64,000 bases of DNA from Amphiscolops sp. MND2022. Lineage: Eukaryota. A program made the translations under genes and the position numbers. Below the pieces are notes generated by a model. It was not told the origin of the DNA and did no database searches. It was given only the letters and a program-made list of their open reading frames with translations. This document shows positions 21,701-31,700 of this stretch, one piece after another (positions within the stretch are counted from its first letter, which is position 1; each line of letters starts with the position of its first letter). The DNA lies in assembly GCA_964187785.1 (NCBI GenBank), contig OZ076409.1:37388001-37452000 (forward strand), given 5' to 3'.

Positions 21701-22805
21701 GAGCCCATCCCTCTCGATTCTACACTTCGTGACCTCTAATGGGCCCCTTCAGGGTCCCACCTATCAATCAGTGATACACAGCTTTGCCAACTTGCGACCT
21801 CCCATGGCATACACCGTAATCAAAGACCGCCAACAAGTGGAGCACAACTATCTTACGTTGATCAAGGCGCGAGCACGCAGCTCGCTCCCTTTGCCAATGG
21901 AAATCCACCCGGTAGTTTGGCTACATACCCCCCTCAATCCAAATAATGGAGCAGTGGCGACGTTTGACGGGTGGGACGTGCCAATTGTCCTGCGTATCTT
22001 GAGAGCAATTATCCAAAGATTGGGTGGTCGTAGAAAAGGAGAAGAACCTACTAGGTTATTATATCCCTATGCGTGTGACACTTCCAGAGTATATTGTGCA
22101 AGAACAGAACCCCGTGAGCATACCGCCAGAATCTTAAATACCATTACGTGTTGGGCCCAGCCAGAACTCGTGGACCTCGCTATACACCAGACCTTCCAAC
22201 AGCTGCCAACAACCATTCCAACAGTAGCAAAAGAACCAAGCAGGAAAGATTTGCCCGTGAATACTGACGTTCGCAGCAACCCGCGTATGGCGCTAGAGAT
22301 ATTCGTACGTCTGCATGGTCTCCAGCGAGAACGCACTCGAGCTGTGGGCGAAGAATACGCTAGGGGAAAACGAACGTTCAAACAACTATTCACCCAATAT
22401 GGTCACCAAGAATTAGCGGACGGCCTGCCGAACTTGGAGTCAATCGAAGCCATCCCAGGGATCAGCGATTTGAGCGAAGCTGCCTCTGGCAGCTCTCGCA
22501 CCGTCCTTCCCACACCCCACATCATTCAAGACACCGATGAATTATTGGTGGAAGGGGTACAAGATGATGTGCCAAGCGTCATGCCACCATCAGAGGAACC
22601 TATGACTGACAACAACTTCACGCTCTCTGATGCCACTACTCCTGTAAGAGACGAAGTGGAGACCAATATCTTGAACATGGAGGCAGCGGACATAGAGTCA
22701 GAGCTCAACAACTTACTGACCATAGATGAAGAATACCAAAATACGGTGAACGCCATGGGCAGCACCTCCATGCAAGAAGCCCCACAGAACCAGCTGTTGG
22801 AGTAA
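18720..22805 (+). CDS. E1 ORF2 (~1360 aa from ATG): extra ORF with SGNH/GDSL-hydrolase-like domain, function unknown
   Basis: Intact 4-kb ORF between pol and the 3' LTR, with clear homologues in E2 and E3. Motifs IAFFVDST / VRILNMPCTTLNEM / LLVYSNVIDHL / VFMSPP. Confidence 0.85.
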   Translation: MDPSARHRLPTPQNAARAQPSIRNDPPPMMSEIDGRVDQLALVQDTLLNGVTPTMIAGFAMIIAQTQAQAEYPDVSFTITSRVGPIERSATFRDGTWQGYDLTHSLIDPRSHLVYGEPTRPPMDQERSLRISQSALQTQTTTPLPSPHPVQFSCTLPIMPPPVLTPPMPLASEGIRLLTTPSSTFMPPSTFQGGGVQVDNTTSAALSEEQPRRTVTFKDSYEELTQTSSRTESQVSEPLQVSEPASLVGFQMDPQFRERQREQQKAESKAANTVVDLREKIKAGKRAREATTQSRQSSSTSISQPTSTSPTQPEIRRPRITHELLTHTEKRQLDITARDALRLQREIPTTTSPEDPLRQKFEIATGTGDLATRQKIEKATVGVLYNRPVKKPVFTRDGCPPWFNRMRAELERVNSSYMRVPDNFLRQRPGRFDEDRLRTKNYARDPITILPMGKDLLQKTRIAFFVDSTMKSSFNSHNTLMDVRILNMPCTTLNEMAEVTDKIFTQAGTETIPLPPLLVYSNVIDHLALRGTLEFFRPDHERFTEGFITDEVTNYVETMANIAQAMRRRKATTGTVFMSPPGYVHLPRTLQQFLYLIMEAAYARDLAFYIVAPNLRISNNSWRPCEASYPAFIAEVSKALQSYVGYRGNSQMVADEATAFDYGMEMARRSLNERGDRIVNDPNESERNNLVDNLWFERRDESTIDEKTHEPKFHKELTSLMKETETIQSDRKNSSIFPIAQISLDAEPGQRSPTLAMLLILAQDIVRRNIQEPTHTYQTWHDQLREPLGQVADRLGITFPVFLHNISPFWLPSLVQAEYGLDEQRMRLYMEAMERATVSEVLAYLMAVGLTMMYRGPSALIQKFVLNKGGSALFSFLVFSQNQRSWISALIETLDPAGSLKLKAQLNLNIQALLVWIYSTWVNVSGIMHPLDECPAINRDPNQLPGFLFPAQIATLMLVETEDLIPLIAPVIWPIFGAVMALRYPTQALRVAAVSPSLSILHFVTSNGPLQGPTYQSVIHSFANLRPPMAYTVIKDRQQVEHNYLTLIKARARSSLPLPMEIHPVVWLHTPLNPNNGAVATFDGWDVPIVLRILRAIIQRLGGRRKGEEPTRLLYPYACDTSRVYCARTEPREHTARILNTITCWAQPELVDLAIHQTFQQLPTTIPTVAKEPSRKDLPVNTDVRSNPRMALEIFVRLHGLQRERTRAVGEEYARGKRTFKQLFTQYGHQELADGLPNLESIEAIPGISDLSEAASGSSRTVLPTPHIIQDTDELLVEGVQDDVPSVMPPSEEPMTDNNFTLSDATTPVRDEVETNILNMEAADIESELNNLLTIDEEYQNTVNAMGSTSMQEAPQNQLLE

Positions 22806-23355
22806 GGGAGTCCTCTGGACCCCCAAGACTGTTAGAACACAATTGAGCATAAAAGACCTTATCATCAAGGTACTGATGCCAACTCTTGATTTTAGTTGTG
22901 CTACACCATCTTACTGGTGCTGAAAACTTTCAGTGCAATAAACCTTGATTTCTGAGTTTTGTTTGATGTATATTTTACTATGCTACCAATGCAACAATGC
23001 AATATAGCTACATCCTCTGGGCAGGTCCCGGTTCGGTGCCCTCCCGTTTTGATTTGAATTTAAAACTTCTACTAAGCCCAAAAGTTGTTGTTACTCACTT
23101 GGCCGCGCAGGGGCCCAATTTTAAAGAAAGAAATTTTAACTTGAACTGAGTGATTAGTGAAAAAACCTTTTTTTTAAAAAAAATCCGACTGTATAGTTTT
23201 TAACCTAAAAATCAGTGCTTTTTGAATTTGATGGCTTTGGAGTGCTAAACATGCAGTAGCGAAACGAAAGGAATAGTAATGTGAAATCAACATAATCTTG
23301 ATGTAAGACCTTTCCTGTAAATCTCAGAGTACCCTTTGGGTGCGAGCATCCTCTC

Positions 23356-23391
23356 GTTTGCCGAGGACGACAAACTACGGCCCGGGGAGGA
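23356..23391 (+). promoter_or_regulatory. E1 pre-LTR hairpin and short polypurine tract
   Basis: GTTTGCCG-AGGA-CGACAAAC stem-loop, then CCCGGGGAGGA abutting the TG of the 3' LTR; nearly identical in E3. Confidence 0.75.
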
Positions 23392-24110
23392 TGTAACGTC
23401 CACCAGTCAACACCAAATTTTCGATGAAAAATTCGATCAAGAACCAAAAAAATGTGCGAATCAAAATGGCCGACCTGGCAGGTCCTTAAAGCCCATAAAA
23501 TGAAAGAAGAGAGCACGTGAACAAGAGGAACGATAGGAGATAATGAAGAGAAGAGGCAAAACAACTGATGACATGAAGATCCACACGGGACAGAATACGA
23601 CGAACGCTACCCGGTGCTATGTCATCCCTGAGAAAGCAGAACCATGCTAGAATGGCGTGACTGGATCCCCGAAAATCTACAAACAGTAACTGTGTTTTCA
23701 CTTGGGGCTTATCCCCTTTTGTTTTGTTAATTTATTATAATGCATTTTGTTATTTTCCCCATGTCTGACCTTCTAGGTCGGCATTTCATGCCCATAACTG
23801 TCGAAATGACATTTTTCGAATAAACACTCTTTTGGACCTCGGAAGTATGTAGGAGATGGCAGGAATACACTAAAAACCCTAGGATACGTTTTTACAGGCT
23901 TGTGGGGCGTGTCCGGACTTTGAGAGTGCCGGCACGTCGCCTCGGAGCTCTAACTAGAGGAGCCTCCTTAGACGTTAGAAAAGTCCCCCATGGAGACCAT
24001 TTTGGGATCAAAAACTAGTGTCTAGGTATGTAGTAAGACAACGGTCTCCTGTTTAAGCATCCTAGGCATTGTCCCTCTTCCTAGATGTGCGCCGCTAGCC
24101 GGACGTTACA
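23392..24110 (+). repeat. E1 3' LTR (719 bp)
   Basis: Matches the 5' LTR except for one extra A in a homopolymer (by eye). Confidence 0.97.
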
Positions 24111-25622
24111 GATTTAGTCGTGGATTCCAGTAACAAATGCTTAGCTGTACGAACTGTCGGCATGCAGCGGTGTCCCGGATTCCACAAAAACGTAAGTTTT
24201 GCGAAATGAACCAATCAGATTGCAGAAATCATAAATTTCCTGGATTCCACGACTTTATGCTTGACGCGATACGCGGCATCTCTTCTTTAATTAAATTCAA
24301 GTGGTAGACTGAACAAACATAATATAATGCACTACTTTTCGTATATTAATTCAAAATGATTCAGACAATCACACTAATATCACACAAAATTTTTGTATTT
24401 TCAAGTTTAGTACCGTTTTGAACAAACTGCCAGATCATCACAATCTGCCATTTTTGATGACATGCTTTAATTTTGGTACCAGTCATGAGTATCTCTATTC
24501 GTACTTCTTGGATTTTTCGTGTCAATCAAAACAATTTCCTTTGATATAAAATTGAATTAATATAAAATGATTATTCAAAATGAGCGGACCAATCAGAGAG
24601 CAGCGGCAAAAGTGTCATTATAGCAGCAGTATTGGCGTGGAATCCAGGACAGGCACTGTCGTGGAATCCAAGACACGCTTAACATCAAAGAGAAATTTTG
24701 TCCTGGATTCCACGACTTTTTTAATTTTCGTGTCCCGGATTCCACGAAAAGCAGCGAAAAGCTTGCCTGTGCACTGTGATGGCTCCCAAAAACCTAATAA
24801 ATTTGCCTTGCAACCTATAAAAACATGTAAAACTTTTGAGCACTTTCAACTAGGGCTGCAATTCCATTGCAAAGGAAAATCAGCGCACAGAAGCTATGAA
24901 GCACACGAGTTAACCACTTTGATTTATAACAACTTGGTTTAAAAAAGTTTGGTAAATCATGACTCAAAGGCCTAAAGTCTGCTCGCCAAAATGCCTTCGC
25001 GGGTATTGGATTTGTTATCAAAGCACTCAATTTGTAACGGGTATTTATTCAATTCAATTGTTACACCGGAGCATACCTCATCTTTTAATTTAGCCATTTG
25101 GTCTCTAAGTTCTTTGTGCGTGATTTGGCTATATCTTCATTTGGGACAATTCATCGCATTCAAAACTGTGAATTTGAGTACACACGTACTGCACTGGTAG
25201 CCCACTCATTACGGAGAGCTAGTAAATATCTGAAAAAAACTAACTTTGATTGATCAAAGTAGCGTGTCAGCAGCAGAAACTGAATCCAATTTGACGACCT
25301 TATCTCGTCACAAGGTGGAGAAAATATTAGTTGTCATTGTTCAGTACTGCAACTTGATTGATTGGTTTCGATATCTGCGTCTCATGTGTTTCATTTCAGA
25401 TTGTCCCAGCTATCGGAACCGTCCTGTTAATATTACATTTTGTGGTTTTCCTTGAAGAATTCTGTCTTTTTTGTACGGAACGTTCTGTGTGCACGATTTT
25501 CAGCCATGAAGTTGTTGAGAGCACATCCTCTGATTGACTACCCTAGTTGAAAGTGCTCGAAAGTCTTACATGTTCATTAAGGTTGCCAAGCACTTTTAGT
25601 ATGATTTTGAAGTTCCTTGGTG

Positions 25623-26355
25623 TGTAGCGATTACCTATCGAGTACACGATTTCGAAAATTTCGATGAAAATTTCGTTCAAGGGACTATATCCCCTCTGCT
25701 GAAAAGTCATATTCCGCTGGACGGTAGCGTGTCTTTATTCAAATACCTGCCCATAGAATTGAAGAGAATTTGAGCAGAGACTCGAGAGAGACCCCAACCG
25801 AACGAGAAGACTGCAGAAAAACACGGCCGCTGTCAGAAAAAGACTCAAATTTCTGTCAAAACGGACTGAACTTTATTCTAGCCAGTGCTTTCTTCAGCGA
25901 AGCGTTACAAGACGCTGTGATTACCGAAAATGAGTCAATTAGCTTGACCAAGCATCCGTGCTTGTGTCCCCGGCTAATTGCTGCCTCAAAAGTGCTAATT
26001 ATGTAGTAATTTTCGTATTTTCTTGTTGTAACAGCTCGTGAGCTACTCATTTCGATCTCCTGTGTAATTTCGAAAAAACTTGATTTTTCCTTTCCACCAC
26101 TTGCATTTTTTAAAGGCTGTCTAAGTGTTGGTTTCGAAGAAAAAGCGTAATGCGCACTACTGATAGCAATTACAGACTGGATCAGGCCGGCGAGCACTTC
26201 TTAAGAAGCGGAATCCTCCTCTGACGGGACATTTCTTACCCGAAGGAGGCAAAATGGACTCATGGCCATGGGCGCCTGTCCCGGGCAAATACCCATGCCA
26301 TGTGTTCCTCCTGCTCTTATGGTTACGGCGACAATGGTGAGAGCTTGTCGTTACA
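25623..26355 (+). repeat. E2 5' LTR (733 bp)
   Basis: TGTAGCGA...TCGTTACA; direct repeat of 44099-44831. Confidence 0.97.
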
Positions 26356-26371
26356 TGGAGAACACATTTTA

Positions 26372-26389
26372 TGGCGACCACAGAGGGAT
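26372..26389 (+). promoter_or_regulatory. E2 primer-binding site
   Basis: TGGCGACCACAGAGGGAT, identical to the E1 PBS and also 16 nt from the LTR end. Confidence 0.85.
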
Positions 26390-28735
26390 CGCTTCGAAGT
26401 GCTTCCCTTAATGGTTTTAAAATAGCCGACCCTCTGGTGATTGACGCCAAGTACGACCCGACTCTGATGGAAAGAAGAGAGAAGCAGAGTTTTTCCATGT
26501 TTTTACCCTGTGTGTGTTATTGAAGACTTCAAGCCCGGTGGATAAAGGTAAATCTTGTAAAAAAGCGCTGTATGTTGTGATTTTCATGCTTTTTTAGTAG
26601 TTGACAGGTAACGATCGAAATAGTCTACCCTCTTAACGGGTCACTCATAAAATTGATCTAGCAAGCCGTTGGAAGGCTGTTAGAAGTGTTAACAGGTGTT
26701 TCCTAGCCTTTTTCAGCTTTTTATGACCAATGAAGTGAGTGTTGAGAAGAGGACGATCCTTGCTCAGAGGAATCTTACAATCTGCCGAAACGAGTTATAC
26801 GACTCACCAATCCCATTTCCCGTACAGACAACCTAGAGAAATGAAATTTGGTGAAGACGTACTACAAATGCTGACGTGTCTAATGGTGCAACCCATTTGT
26901 CTCTAGCGGTTCTGGGTGATGAGCAAAAAGAACGAGGAGGCACGATTCGTCAGTCCGGGTTGTATAATATTTTTGAGTCAGGTTGAAAAAATTTTTTGGA
27001 TTGCTCAAAATTTTGTATACGACCATTTGCCAATGTTCTTACGAGCCTTCTGTAACTAGGTGTGTGCTTTTGCACCTGTTTTATGCAAAAAAAGTGCGTT
27101 TTTTCATGTATTTTCGACGAAAAGTGCCAAATTTGGCCATTTTGAGGCGAAACACCTACATGAGCGCGAGCGCTCTTGGTGCTAGCCACACACCTGCAGA
27201 AATTAAATAAAAGTAGCTCAGGACTCTAATGAGTTCGCAAAAAACGCGACGAACTACTCAAAGTTGCCCGAAAAGGCACTTAGTATAAATTTTGTGAGGA
27301 AAAAACCCCGTTTTTGGAAGACTGAACATTTTTAGCACTTTGAATTTGTGGGGGAACTTGTATGGAAGCTTTTAAACACCCCCGCATGGTTGCAATTAGG
27401 TTGGGGTACACCTGCCGGTAGCCAACAATACCCATTTTGGTAATTATAACCACTACTTCTTAAAAAAAGTTACGAAAACTGTGATTTTAAGGTTTTTCTA
27501 TAGTACTCTTAGAAGAAACCCAACTTGACTATTGACGAACACTTCTACGCTTAGAATAGCCCCCGGGCTATTATTTTCAATTTATTCAGTAAATTTAACG
27601 ATCTACAGTGAAGACCGCATCCCAAAATTCCTTTTCAGTGCTGAGAAAAATAGAAAAATACACTGAAAAACATCCATTTTCCTAAAATCCGGACTGTCTC
27701 TGAGCTAAGGTCGGGTCATTGATTCTTGGACCTTAGCGAAAAGGTGGTTGCATTTTCATAACCACCACTAAAAATAACGCTAGTGCCGAAAATTTGGTGA
27801 ACGTAACTTTCACCAAAGTCAAAAAAAGTTCTCTAACGTTTCAACCTCAGGGGACTGTAAAACTACCGAAATAATCCAAAACTGAAGGACTGTCGGTGCC
27901 TCGTGTTCAACGGGCACACCTAATCGAGGGTTTATCCTAGTACTACGAGTAGTGGAGCACCACGTAGGTCCCATTTTTCAGCCCTACCACTTTTTGAGGT
28001 GACCCTCTTAGCCAATTTGTGAAAAAAGTAGTCCAAAATTTTTTTGTGTTGTCCAAGTAAGGTCGGAACCTCAAATAAGCGTCCGCGCTTTCATTTGATG
28101 GTTTCACCGGCATTGTACACGCTCATCGACCGTAGCTACAAAGTTTCGTGTCAATCCAACCGGTACTTGGTGAGAAAATAAAAAAAACGTACCACTCAAA
28201 AAGTTGAGCATAGAGAGTAATTTTTCAAAGTTTTCCTGAGTAATCCGAGTACCTTATTTAAAAAGCGAGGTTGAATTGCCGGTCATTTCTATCATTTGTA
28301 CCAGATACTACGTTGTTTTGCAAATTTTGAGCCCGCTAGCTTTTTTCAGTAAAGCATAAGCTCGAAATAAGCATGAAAATTGATGTATCTTGATGACTAA
28401 GGGTACCGAACGTCCGAATCAGCCTGAATCTTGAAATAAGAACCTTAGCTTAGATTTGATTTTGCTATCGTGTAGTACACCTACCACAAGGTCAGGTGGC
28501 CAATTTTCAAGTGTCTCCGACGATTAGACGTTGCGCTCGAGGCACCTTAGTCATTTATAAAGAAATCTGAAAAACTCAAAAATTGTCTAAAAACTCAATT
28601 GTTTGCGAATTGGCTGTTCCGCAAGCCCCAAACGCACGGTTTCCGGCCCCACACCACGGTATCAACGCGCTGTGTAAGTTTCACGCCGGTACGACCCCTA
28701 GATCGATTTTTGACTTTTTCGAGACGTGTGAAATC

Positions 28736-31700
28736 ATGAAGACTAACAGTTTGCGTAACCTTTGGAATTCTATAACGAGAACATTAAGCCGCACGAACAC
28801 CCGGCGATGCTCTAATCTTTCAAAAGGGGGGAGGAAGGACACCTCGCGATGCACTGAAGCATCGAAAACACCAGACCCAACGGGGTGCGAGACAAATCTC
28901 AGTGCAATATCAGACCTGACCTCAGACCCCAGGGAGGAAGATTGGCCAACTGATGACAGTTTCGTTATGGAACCCGATTTTTCAGACCCTATGTCAGACG
29001 ACGCATCGGAGAAGTATCGGGCTAAGCCAATCGCCAGGACTACCGATGATATCGGAGGTTCAGCAGACGAAACAGGAAGTCAGGCGCACACGTCCAAATG
29101 GTTACAAGAACTGACCAAAGTAGCCATCACACCTTTCGGTACTGACGAAGCAGGAACATGGCCCAACTCCAACAGGACAAACGCTGAGGAAAAAGCTGAA
29201 ATGAGTTGCTTAAATGCCACCGGACAACTCAAGGCTCCCAGCATGGCAAGCGAGAGCACTGCGAACACGGCAGAGATATTGCAACAAATGTCTTATGTCG
29301 GGGGTATGAATTATGCCAGGGCACGTCTTCAAGAAGCTACGGCCCCCCGAGCATCTGGGAAGGGTAAGCAAGTACGGCCTCCAGCTCTACTAGCACAGAC
29401 TGGCACTACAGGACCTCATGGCGACTCGCGCTCATCCTCACCCTCATCAAAGGCTGCATCTGCCCGATCTTCGGCATATCGAGCCGTACATGAAGCAGCG
29501 AAAGCGCGCAAAGCTCTATTAGATGCTCAGATAGGCGTGAAGCAAGCTGCTTCACAACTGTCTGAACGTAAAGCAAGGTGCGATAGAGAGCACCAATCAA
29601 TAATGGAGGAAATAGAAGCCGTGCAAACTGAACTGCGAACATCAACTGAGCGACAAGCGCAAGGACATGAAATTCAGGCCGCCCGAATGGATGCCATGGG
29701 TTATCGAATGGCCGAAATAAAGGACATGGTGACCGAAAGAGAGGTGCGCATGGAAGCTCAACTGCAAGAGGTATGTTCACAGATACAAGCAATGGGCACT
29801 ATGTTGAAAAATATCCAACCTCAACCCGCACCAGCAAGCAACACTATCAAAGAGTTGCTGCAAGACACTGATATATCACTGCCAAAACCCATGAAAAGCG
29901 TCTCCCTCAAGCCAAAAGAGAGTGTGACGACTGCAACAAACCCATCTGGCTCTAAACAACACTTGGCCAGGTACGCGCCTTTGCCACAAACTCTGGTCTC
30001 AAATGGAGAGGCCGCATCAACCTCGACGAAATTTATCCCGTCTGCGGTATCAACAAAATATATTCCACCCACCACCAAAACTCACAAGAAAGAACCAACG
30101 TGCGAGGTGATAACTATCGACACTTCAAGCATGGGCATCACCGGCCTGCGAGAGCCCACACGCACAAACGAGCTAACTGAAGTCACCAGCACCTTCCAAA
30201 CAGCAAATGCAACTTTGGGAGAATCAGCTGCGGAATTCCAAACCGCGAACGATGAATTGCCCCCGGGCAACCCATGCGCCAGCAGCACTAGACGCTGAGA
30301 AGTGACTCTCCCCGAAAACACCGATGACTCTGTCAACTCGACGCGAGGCAGCAGTATCCCGCCACCAGCTGTCACTGAAGAAGCGCCTATATCACCGGAG
30401 CAACTCAGGTTTACCGAGGCAATATCCAAGGCCTGTCCAAGGAACTAGCGCCGCTGATTGCTAATCGAGATCAAACTAGGGTCCGCCCTACGGTATACAA
30501 AGGCACTAAAGATGGTTCTGTCGATGGATGGCTCCCAGTGATGAAGCGATTTCTAGAAAGGGTGCATGCAAAATCCCCAAAGATCGACAGAGCCTGGGCT
30601 ATCATCGACCACCTGGAAGGGGAGGCGAGAAATTATATAATCAACAAATCTGAACCTGAACGAGACGAGCCCGACAAGGTATTCTCTCTCTTGGCCAGCA
30701 GATTTGGAACCGGTGGAAACCGCATGCACGTCAGGCAAACCTTCATGTCTCGTGTCCAACAGGAAAAAGAGGATTGGATGCAATTCTTGGACGCATTGGA
30801 AGGTCTGCGCACCCAAGGTTTCCCAGACGAGCCTATCACTACACGTCGTTATGAGATCCTGCAACGTTTTATAGATGGCGTCAATGACCCGACGCTGCGA
30901 CAAGAGTTGGCCGTGGTGTACGCTGCGGAAACGTATTTGACTGAGCCACCAACTGTAGAATCCCTGAGATTCACCACGAGACAATTGCAACGGCATCGCC
31001 CAAACACGTCAAAACCTTACGACCCAAGATATGCAATGAGATCGAGGCCTCACCCTTTCGTGCCAGGGAAATTGGTTCATCCAGCACCAGGCCTACCGCA
31101 AAACGTGCTACCTCCAAACCAAGGACAGCGAGAGGCAAAACCCCAGATGGCTCCACCAGGCCCTGCATCGGTAAAACAGGCTCCTGCACAGCAGCAACCA
31201 GCGAGAGCGATTCCCCAAGGAGCATGCTTCAACTGTGGACTACCAGGTCACTTTGCAAGGGAATGCCCAAGTCGAGACCTAGCAAGGAAACCCGCGGCTC
31301 GCGCTGCACCCGAAGAGCGAGTAAACCTGTGTGAGAACAATGTGGCCTCTGCATGTTCTGGCCCCGTATTCTGTGTTAATTGTGGCATGACCGAACACTC
31401 TGCATCACAATGCCAAAATGTTCCAGTACATGAGGATTTGGCCTACAGCCTCTGGGCTGAACAGCCATCTGCTTCTCAAACAATGAGTGACAGCGAAATG
31501 GTACTCATGCTTCGCCCTGCTGAAGCCGCTCACGTGACGACGCCCCTTACCGTCACATGTGGCAAGATCCAAATCCAGACGAGCCCAGAGCCAACTACTT
31601 TTGATCCCTCTGGACGCACTATCATGTCTGTCCGATTACTGTTGGCGATTGAGAGAGAAACCCGCCCAGAACTCACCATAGACGCTCTGATAGAAGAGAT

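Larger units (their letters stand above)
5017..24110 (+). mobile_element. E1: full-length 19,094-bp Ty3/Gypsy (Metaviridae) LTR retrotransposon with extra ORF
   Basis: Near-identical TG...CA LTRs, PBS, purine tract, PR-RT-RH-IN domain order, flanking GAT duplication. Confidence 0.97.
4892..24775. mobile_element. ~0.8-kb MITE-like element interrupted by retrotransposon E1 (pieces 4892-5016 and 24111-24775)
   Basis: Perfect 15-bp inverted repeat AGTGCACAGGCAAGC / GCTTGCCTGTGCACT. Multiple GGATTCCAC subterminal repeats occur on both sides of E1. Confidence 0.65.
4270..24855 (-). mobile_element. Diverged, interrupted copy of a CCCTAG-ended non-autonomous DNA transposon family (pieces ~4270-4891 and 24776-24855)
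   Basis: 4440-4880 aligns by eye, inverted, to 44832-45280 (e.g. ATACGAATTTGTTTGC.ACACTGGCAC, CCCGCCAAATTGTA, ATCCTAATAAATAC). 24810-24855 (GAGCACTTTCAACTAGGG) matches, inverted, 25541-25590. The other terminus was not found. Confidence 0.6.

Noticed and set aside
18720..22805. ORF2 as a classical env glycoprotein
   Set aside because: No evident signal peptide, conserved Cys-rich ectodomain, furin site + fusion peptide or C-terminal TM anchor; the C-termini are polar and low-complexity.
24115..24750. CRISPR-like array of GGATTCCAC repeats
   Set aside because: Repeats are short, irregularly spaced, in both orientations and inside a TIR element in eukaryotic context.
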